Shown piece by piece: positions 26,344 to 32,000 of a DNA stretch of 32,000 nt. The translations under genes were made by a program, and so were the position numbers. Positions within the stretch are counted from its first letter, which is position 1. Every line of letters starts with the position of its first letter. The notes under the pieces are model-generated. The model was not told the origin of the DNA, searched no databases, and saw nothing but the letters and a program-made list of their open reading frames with translations. Where the stretch lies: the NCBI RefSeq assembly GCF_000017845.1, contig NC_010546.1, forward strand, positions 3,750,001 to 3,782,000, read 5' to 3'. The DNA comes from Crocosphaera subtropica ATCC 51142 (GTDB lineage: Bacteria; Cyanobacteriota; Cyanobacteriia; Cyanobacteriales; Microcystaceae).

Positions 26344-28212
26344 ATGAATACAAGATACACAGAAACTTTTTTGTTTCTCTCTCGCCTTTCCCGTAGAAGT
26401 AACAAAGGCTTTGCTTTGGGATTTGTGTTAACGGCTGGCGTTCTCATGGCAGCAACCGGGGCTGTTATGTTACTCAGAAGTAGCAGCGAACAAGAAAAAG
26501 TTATAGCGCAAGGAGCTACTGCCCAAGGCAAAACCAGTGGAGAAGTTGCTATTGCTAGAGTACAATTTCTTCTCGCTAGATATCCCTTTCTCGCTCAATA
26601 TGATAGTTCTCAATGGAGCAATGTAGCTAATCCCAGTACAGATATTGGACAAGACTTTGAAGAACACATTGAGATCACAAATAATACAGGTGGTCGAGAA
26701 AGTTCTTGTGCAAGTGAAAGTGAAGAAGATAGCAGTGAAGTTTTAACCCCTGAACAACAGCAAGCTGAGATTATTAGCTACGTTGATACATACACATCAG
26801 ATTTAAGTCCTTATGAGCAATCAGGCCAAAGCAAATGGCAACAAATCGATACCACGAATTCTAGTCAGGTAGATTTCAGACTTATTAGTTATAACGCTCC
26901 TGAATCAGTACCAGGTATGGGAGAGTTAAAACTTCAGAGCATGGCGAATCGAGACAAACAATTCAAAGAATCGCCTACTCAATTAACTGTAACTATTCCA
27001 GTAAAACAAAATGAGACAACAACGGAAGTTGAAGAAGGAGATACTCCTGGCCTCTGGACTCAACAGGGAAAAGTTATCAAAGGTAGTGGGGGAGGTGGTA
27101 ATAAACACTGGGCTGCCCATATTTGGGTCAGTGATCCTTGTTATAGTCAGAAACCAGATGATCCAGCAACTTTAGAAGTGTTAGAAGATATAGAAGACGA
27201 AACTTTACTCAGTTACAACGGGAAAACCTATAAACCACCTATTGTTAAAGATATGGATTTTCCTGAGTTTCCTGAATTTCCTACTGATCTTCCTGCAAGT
27301 CAAGTCAATGTGACTGTCTCAAGTGGCAATGGCAATGGCAATGGCAATGGCAATAAAAAAGCTAGTAGCTATCAAGATAGTTATTTCTCTACTGTTGCCA
27401 GTGTGATGAATGGGTTTGTGGATAAAGCATTTACTAAAATTTTCGGTGGTGTTGCTTTAGCTAAAAATGGCAACGGTAAGGGCAAGGGTCTAGTTGATGA
27501 CATCACTGATACCACGAATGATGTAGTCGATGACATCACTGATACTACAAATGATATAGTCGATGATCTCACGAATACAGAGAATACAAACGATACCACC
27601 AATGTTGGTGGCGGGGCTGTTTGTGGAAATAACAGTGCTAATGCTGCCAATGGAAGCGTATTTCCCAGAAATGGAGATACAGGTAAGATAGTCAAAGTCG
27701 GCAATGAAGACGTTTGCGTTTATGAATATATCTGGAATCAAACCCCCAGTGATACGACCATTCAAACTGTCAGCCAAGATGGTAAACGTCAAAAGGTAAT
27801 TTTCTACATAAAAGATGGAGTCGATTTTGATCTCAAAGGCAACGAGAAAATTCTCAAAAACTGTGGGGATTTTGACGACAATGCGGATCTCTGTAGACCA
27901 ACGGATTTCCAAATATTTGCCCAAGGAACTGGCAATTTTTGTTTAAGTGGTGCTGTGGTTATGGATGCCTTTGTTTTTGCTCCAGAACGTCATTCTGGAG
28001 TCAATGGAGGACCAAAAGGAGCCTTGAGAGGAACCATTTGGGTGAAAGGATGGAATACTTCTAGCTGTGGTTCTAATGGTAATCATCTTCACGTTACTCA
28101 AACAGGAAACTGGTCAGATTTTTATGGGGTAAAAAACCCTGAAGCCGGTCCGTCCATTGTTATTGGACAACCTGCCACCGTTAAAACTGAAGCCTTTAAT
28201 CCCGATATATAA
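26344..28212 (+). CDS. Large (622 aa) PilX_N-type pseudopilin-like protein, paralogue A, with internal tandem repeats
   Basis: The class-III-like N-terminus is RRSNKG|FALGFVLTAGVLMAATGAVMLL (no Glu at +5), followed by ...AQGKTSGEVAIARV as in PilX N-terminal domains. It is colinear with the next gene. It contains the GNGNGNGNGN and VDDITDTTND repeats. Confidence 0.75.
   Translation: MNTRYTETFLFLSRLSRRSNKGFALGFVLTAGVLMAATGAVMLLRSSSEQEKVIAQGATAQGKTSGEVAIARVQFLLARYPFLAQYDSSQWSNVANPSTDIGQDFEEHIEITNNTGGRESSCASESEEDSSEVLTPEQQQAEIISYVDTYTSDLSPYEQSGQSKWQQIDTTNSSQVDFRLISYNAPESVPGMGELKLQSMANRDKQFKESPTQLTVTIPVKQNETTTEVEEGDTPGLWTQQGKVIKGSGGGGNKHWAAHIWVSDPCYSQKPDDPATLEVLEDIEDETLLSYNGKTYKPPIVKDMDFPEFPEFPTDLPASQVNVTVSSGNGNGNGNGNKKASSYQDSYFSTVASVMNGFVDKAFTKIFGGVALAKNGNGKGKGLVDDITDTTNDVVDDITDTTNDIVDDLTNTENTNDTTNVGGGAVCGNNSANAANGSVFPRNGDTGKIVKVGNEDVCVYEYIWNQTPSDTTIQTVSQDGKRQKVIFYIKDGVDFDLKGNEKILKNCGDFDDNADLCRPTDFQIFAQGTGNFCLSGAVVMDAFVFAPERHSGVNGGPKGALRGTIWVKGWNTSSCGSNGNHLHVTQTGNWSDFYGVKNPEAGPSIVIGQPATVKTEAFNPDI
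27325..27354 (+). repeat. Hexanucleotide microsatellite (GGCAAT)x5 encoding (Gly-Asn)5
   Basis: A perfect 5-unit repeat inside paralogue A. A degenerate echo, aatggcaacggtaagggcaagggt, lies at about 27466-27489. Confidence 0.9.
27493..27591 (+). repeat. In-frame 33-bp tandem repeat x3 (VDDITDTTNDV / VDDITDTTNDI / VDDLTNTENTN)
   Basis: The units are 27493-27525, 27526-27558 and 27559-27591. The first two differ at only a few positions and the third is more diverged. Confidence 0.9.
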
Positions 28213-28232
28213 ATGTAATCCCAATCATTCTT

Positions 28233-28274
28233 TACCTCTGACTGAAATCACAGTTAGAGGTAGTCCAATTTTTT
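28233..28274 (+). terminator. Intercistronic terminator-like hairpin between the two large paralogues
   Basis: TACCTCTGACT (28233-28243) pairs with AGTTAGAGGTA (28252-28262), giving an 11-bp stem with one G-U and an 8-nt loop. T6 at 28269-28274 follows 6 nt later. It could act as a partial terminator or a processing site. Confidence 0.4.
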
Positions 28275-28302
28275 CGATAATGACTTGTTTCCCAACAATG
28301 CT

Positions 28303-29709
28303 ATGAATCTCAAGTTAAAACTATTATTACTCAATCGCAATAACGACCAAGGAATGGCGTTAGCCTTCGCTTTAAGCATCGGTGTAATCATGATGTTAGC
28401 CGGAACCATCATGATTGTTCGTTCTCAAACCGATCAAACCCATGTTCAAGCACAACAAAGTACAGCAGAAAGCGTCAGTGCTGCTGAAGTTGGAGCAACC
28501 CGTATTTTTTCCTTGCTGAATGAAAACCGTTACCTAGCTATGTATCCTGACTGTAACAGTCGAGACATTAACGGACTGTGTGGCGATACGGGAACTACCC
28601 CCAGTTGGGCTAATGCCATTAATGTTCCTAAGCTTACGGTTTGTGAAGAAGGCAAAGCAACAAATGTTCGGGAGATTGCCCTTAACCAAGACTGGCAACC
28701 CATCGATCCTAATAATACAAAACAAGGAGAATACCGATTACTGTCTTACGAATATGCTAACCCTGGAATTGCACCTGGGAAGGGTAAATTAACCGTAGAA
28801 GGACGAATTCGCGCCCATAACGACTTTACTGGTTCTGTGAGTCAACTGACCGTAGAAATTCCCGTTTCTCCTGGCCCAGTCGAAGGTACGCCTATTCCTG
28901 GCGTGTGGTTAAACGATGATCCCACCGATGCCACAGGGAATAACGGGGTTGAAGGAGATGTCTTGATGGGCAACTGTAACTTGACCAAAGAACAACTCGC
29001 TGAACTTAATGTGACAGGAACCGATCCTCAAACCGGTCAACCTTACCAAGCCAAGCATACAAATTTAGAATTCCCTGATCCCCCTGAAATTCCCTCCACT
29101 GCTATTTATTTAGGGGTAGTTGGAGAAAACAAAGACGGAACATTAGCTGGTATTTCAGGAGACATTACCTTACCCAGAGTGGGAGATACTCCTGTCACCA
29201 AAACCATTAACAACAAAACCGTTGAGGTTTATGAATACGAAGTAGAAGAAATTAATTTTGATTCAGGTTCCCATTCTCTAACCATCGAACCTGGCAAAAA
29301 AGTCACCCTCTATCTTAACGGCAGCATGATTGTCAAGAGTAACAGTGGCATTATTCATAGTTGTACCAACTCTGACGGAACTCCTATTGCTGGTTGTTTA
29401 CCCACAGACTTCCAAATTTATGGCCTTGGGGATGCCACTAATACCATTTGCACCGCAGGAAATAAACGCATCGAAGCCTTTATTTTTGCTCCAGAATACA
29501 TTGTAGGAACGGCTGGCACCGGCGGAGGACAAGGCGGTATTAAAGGGACGATTTGGGCAAAGGAATGGTCCAATAGTAAGTCTTGTGGTTCACAAACGAG
29601 TAATACGGCGGTAGTTCAGACCGCAAGATGGGAAGACTTAGGATTAGAACCTAAAAATACCCCTCCTCTATTATCCAATACCTCCAGTTGGAAGCGTAAC
29701 CAAAGATAA
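28303..29709 (+). CDS. Large (468 aa) PilX_N-type pseudopilin-like protein, paralogue B
   Basis: The ATG at 28303 gives MNLKLKLLLLNRNNDQG|MALAFALSIGVIMMLAGTIMIV (no Glu+5), then ...STAESVSAAEVGATRI. It shares YRLLSY/FRLISY, SQLTVEIPV/TQLTVTIPV, VEVYEY/VCVYEY, C.PTDFQI(Y/F), EAFIFAPE/DAFVFAPE, GTIW.K.W and SCGS with paralogue A. Confidence 0.75.
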   Translation: MNLKLKLLLLNRNNDQGMALAFALSIGVIMMLAGTIMIVRSQTDQTHVQAQQSTAESVSAAEVGATRIFSLLNENRYLAMYPDCNSRDINGLCGDTGTTPSWANAINVPKLTVCEEGKATNVREIALNQDWQPIDPNNTKQGEYRLLSYEYANPGIAPGKGKLTVEGRIRAHNDFTGSVSQLTVEIPVSPGPVEGTPIPGVWLNDDPTDATGNNGVEGDVLMGNCNLTKEQLAELNVTGTDPQTGQPYQAKHTNLEFPDPPEIPSTAIYLGVVGENKDGTLAGISGDITLPRVGDTPVTKTINNKTVEVYEYEVEEINFDSGSHSLTIEPGKKVTLYLNGSMIVKSNSGIIHSCTNSDGTPIAGCLPTDFQIYGLGDATNTICTAGNKRIEAFIFAPEYIVGTAGTGGGQGGIKGTIWAKEWSNSKSCGSQTSNTAVVQTARWEDLGLEPKNTPPLLSNTSSWKRNQR

Positions 29710-29748
29710 GGGGAAGACTAATTTTATTGTTGTCCAGGTACTTACACC

Positions 29749-30558
29749 ATGAACAAACCACTACTCACCTTACTACTTTGTCCCTCAAAACCAAATAATG
29801 ATCAAGGTTTTAGTCTTTTTGAAGTTACTATTGCCATCTTAGTGTCCTCAGCCTTTTTGATGGGAACCTTACAAGCAATGACCATTAATGCTGTCATGCA
29901 AATTAAATCAGAAAGACAAGCTAAAGCTAACTTTATCATTCAACAAGATATCGAAAAATTACAGGCCGCAGCCAGTAGTATGGATCTTGACTATATCGAA
30001 AACAATCTTAACCCCGATGGGAAAAGTAAATCCCAACTTTGCTTTCGTTTTAAAATTCCTAATATGGCAGATGTCCGTTTTGGGGCTGATTTAGTCAAAG
30101 AATTGGATGATATTCTAACAAATGACAGCGAACCTAGCACTAAATCTGATCCAGCTATCAATACTAATACAGTTTTTTCCTCTGCTCAAACCTTCAATCA
30201 GTTCAAAACTGATGCTGATGGCAATGTTCTTTATACCAATGGTCAACCAGTATTGAATGAACAAAAAGATTCTGTTGAAACGAGCGACAGTAAAAAAGTC
30301 GTAGTCCAAATATTAATGAACGACGATATCCTCAACAAAAACTATCGTCTTGTTCGATTAATGACAGTCGATAGCAGCACCAGATACGACGTTTTACAAG
30401 TTTATTATCGAGTCGGAGAACCCTATGACCCCAATGATCCCAACCAAACAGATAACGACAGCGACAGACTACGGGATGATCAATCTGGTAGAAAATCAAT
30501 CATCGCCGAAAATTATACAGAAGTTATTCCGGCCGCTGTTGCTGAGTGCGGTTTCTAA
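29749..30558 (+). CDS. Prepilin-type minor pilin, PilV-like
   Basis: MNKPLLTLLLCPSKPNNDQG|FSLFEVTIAILVSSAFLMGTLQAM has the canonical G|F-x-x-x-E class III signal with a hydrophobic helix. The Cys is near the C-terminus. The subfamily call is tentative. Confidence 0.7.
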   Translation: MNKPLLTLLLCPSKPNNDQGFSLFEVTIAILVSSAFLMGTLQAMTINAVMQIKSERQAKANFIIQQDIEKLQAAASSMDLDYIENNLNPDGKSKSQLCFRFKIPNMADVRFGADLVKELDDILTNDSEPSTKSDPAINTNTVFSSAQTFNQFKTDADGNVLYTNGQPVLNEQKDSVETSDSKKVVVQILMNDDILNKNYRLVRLMTVDSSTRYDVLQVYYRVGEPYDPNDPNQTDNDSDRLRDDQSGRKSIIAENYTEVIPAAVAECGF

Positions 30559-31081
30559 TCCCAATCAAGGAGTAACCCTTCTAGAAATCATCATTGCTGC
30601 CGTCATTACTGGCATCTTAGCTGCGATCGGCATTCCTAGCTTGATGGGAATGCTACAAGGAGATCAAGTTAAACAAGGGGTTGATCAAATTCAACTGGCC
30701 TTACAAGATGCTCAAAAACAAGCCATCCGTAACTCCAAACAATGCACTATTATCATCGATAAAACCGCCACTCCCCCTACCATTGACATCAAAGATCCCC
30801 ATCTTCCTAATAATCAAGGTTGTTTAGGTTCGGTTGAGCGAACATTACCTAACAATGTGGTTATGACTGGCAATTTTACCAACAATGAGGTCAGTTTTTC
30901 TTTTAAAGGGAATACAACAACAATGGGTACCATTGTCGTCAAACCGGCTAAAGGTGGCGGGGAAAAAAGATGTTTAGTCATGGGTTTAGGACTAGGCCTT
31001 ATGAGAACAGGAATTTACGATTCAAGCGCATCTGATAATCCTCCTAGTGCGACTAATTGCAAGAAAGTAACAGACAGTTAA
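30539..31081 (+). CDS. Prepilin-type pseudopilin, GspH/FimT-like
   Basis: NPNQG|VTLLEIIIAAVITGILAAIGIPSLMGMLQGDQVKQGVDQIQLALQDAQKQAIRNSKQCTI fits the GspH/FimT pattern. No ATG lies near the signal. I place the start at the TTG at 30539 (11-aa leader), overlapping the upstream gene by 20 nt. The start is uncertain. Confidence 0.65.
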   Translation: MLSAVSNPNQGVTLLEIIIAAVITGILAAIGIPSLMGMLQGDQVKQGVDQIQLALQDAQKQAIRNSKQCTIIIDKTATPPTIDIKDPHLPNNQGCLGSVERTLPNNVVMTGNFTNNEVSFSFKGNTTTMGTIVVKPAKGGGEKRCLVMGLGLGLMRTGIYDSSASDNPPSATNCKKVTDS

Positions 31082-31090
31082 GAAAAAATC

Positions 31091-32000
31091 ATGTTAAAAA
31101 TCTATTTAAAACTCTTACAAAAATATCGTCCTTCTGCTGGCTGGACTTTAGCAGAATTAATCATTGCATCCGCCATGACTTTGATCGTGGTTATGGTAGC
31201 AGGGTTTAGTTTAGTGACTATTTTACGGGAAAACAAAGTGGCTAATGCTACAGGCCAAATGCAATATGACATGAATAGGGCAACGGAATTTATCTCAGAA
31301 GAAATTCGTGGTGCCAAAACCATTGAAACCGATCAAGCAGTAATTTATAATGCTGCCCCAACCTTTTATAAAAAATACGTTGAAGGGAAAGCCAATCCGA
31401 AAATTCCTATCTTAGCTTTGAAAATCGATGGGGTTTATGAGCGAGTTGTGTATTATGTCGACGAAGTGGCTGATGGAGAAATTTGGCAAGGTCCTGGAGT
31501 CATTCGACGCTTTGGCCCAGCATTCACGGCTACAGGTGAACACGATGATGCACAGAAAAGAACCCCCGATACCTGGCAGAGTAGTGCGCTCGTAGACATG
31601 ATGGTAACAACGTTAGATACTCCGCAAAAACAATGTCAAAATTTACCCCCTGATGTAGTGAGTGCTAATACTTATGTTGCTACCGATGATCAAGGAAATC
31701 AATGGTATCGTCTTCCCCAAAAAGAAGCAGACGTGAAAGGGTTTTTTGTTTGTGTCCAAGAAAATAAACAATTGGTGCAATTGAATATTGTTGGTACAAG
31801 TTTGGATGAATTCGCACATTTAGGCTATGACAAAAACGATATTTCAGAAGGCAAGTCCCGTTACGCCGACAAGATGGAGTACAATATCGCTACCATGGTT
31901 CATGCTCGTTCTGAAGCTATTGGTGGTGGCGGAGAAGCGGTTCCCGATTTTTTAGTCAGTCAGCAAATTATTAAATTACAAGAAAGTGGTAAGGCAAAAC
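31091..32000 (+). CDS. Prepilin-type minor pilin, PilW-like; 3' end outside the window
   Basis: This ORF is not in the supplied track. I translated from the ATG at 31091 and found no stop through nt 32000 (303 codons): MLKIYLKLLQKYRPSAG|WTLAELIIASAMTLIVVMVAGFSLVTILRENKVANATGQMQYDMNRATEFISEEIRGAK. It starts 9 nt after the previous stop. The track ORF 31102..31323 (-) lies antisense inside it. Confidence 0.75.
   Translation, partial: MLKIYLKLLQKYRPSAGWTLAELIIASAMTLIVVMVAGFSLVTILRENKVANATGQMQYDMNRATEFISEEIRGAKTIETDQAVIYNAAPTFYKKYVEGKANPKIPILALKIDGVYERVVYYVDEVADGEIWQGPGVIRRFGPAFTATGEHDDAQKRTPDTWQSSALVDMMVTTLDTPQKQCQNLPPDVVSANTYVATDDQGNQWYRLPQKEADVKGFFVCVQENKQLVQLNIVGTSLDEFAHLGYDKNDISEGKSRYADKMEYNIATMVHARSEAIGGGGEAVPDFLVSQQIIKLQESGKAK

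Noticed and set aside
27493-27591. 33-bp repeats as a possible CRISPR array
   Set aside because: The units are directly abutting with no spacers, they are in frame within a long ORF, they diverge progressively, and no cas genes are present.
26319-27924. Minus-strand track ORFs 26319..26531, 26470..26667, 27381..27704 and 27490..27924 in paralogue A
   Set aside because: They run antisense to a gene whose product is colinear with its downstream paralogue. The repeat region generates open antisense frames.
28534-30309. Track ORFs 28534..28725 (-), 28580..28792 (+), 29888..30094 (+) and 30115..30309 (-)
   Set aside because: All are nested within the paralogue B or PilV-like genes, in other frames or on the other strand.
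31102-31323. 73-aa minus-strand track ORF
   Set aside because: It lies antisense inside an open + strand frame that starts at 31091 with a textbook prepilin signal and stays open to the window end.

Overview
This is a cyanobacterial chromosomal window. The evidence is many HIP1 octamers GCGATCGC (e.g. 2854-2861, 9725-9732, 15843-15850, 21113-21120, 24281-24288), psb27, a class-C flavodiiron protein, a ycf46-type AAA+ gene, and heptanucleotide STRR-like repeats in spacers. I see about 28 real protein-coding genes and no rRNA, tRNA, CRISPR array, transposase or integrase. From left to right: (1) an ArnT/GT39-like gene (5' truncated) plus a GT2 polyprenyl-phosphate glycosyltransferase. (2) A compact three-gene module, RHH protein - Ycf46 AAA+ ATPase - DUF1257/Ycf35-like protein, with a visible promoter and terminator. 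(3) A minus-strand block of housekeeping or accessory genes: hypothetical TPR-like protein, HpnB-like GT2, FetB/UPF0014 permease, thioredoxin-like protein, TPR protein, psb27 and a duplicated ABC ATPase. (4) A flavodiiron gene, then a visibly GC-richer Kef-type antiporter, then mnmA. (5) Two small secreted proteins. (6) A GldA/GldF/GldG-like ABC-2 operon with a DUF4340-like gene. (7) A membrane-anchored orthocaspase homologue with both catalytic residues replaced. (8) After a 718-bp repeat-rich leader, an operon of five consecutive prepilin-type (class III signal) proteins that runs off the window end. It is headed by two unusually large tandem PilX_N-type paralogues, one of which carries in-frame tandem repeats. 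I rate this last locus the best candidate for an undescribed system, followed by the RHH-Ycf46-DUF1257 module and the pseudo-orthocaspase. All family assignments come from motif recognition by eye; no database search was run.
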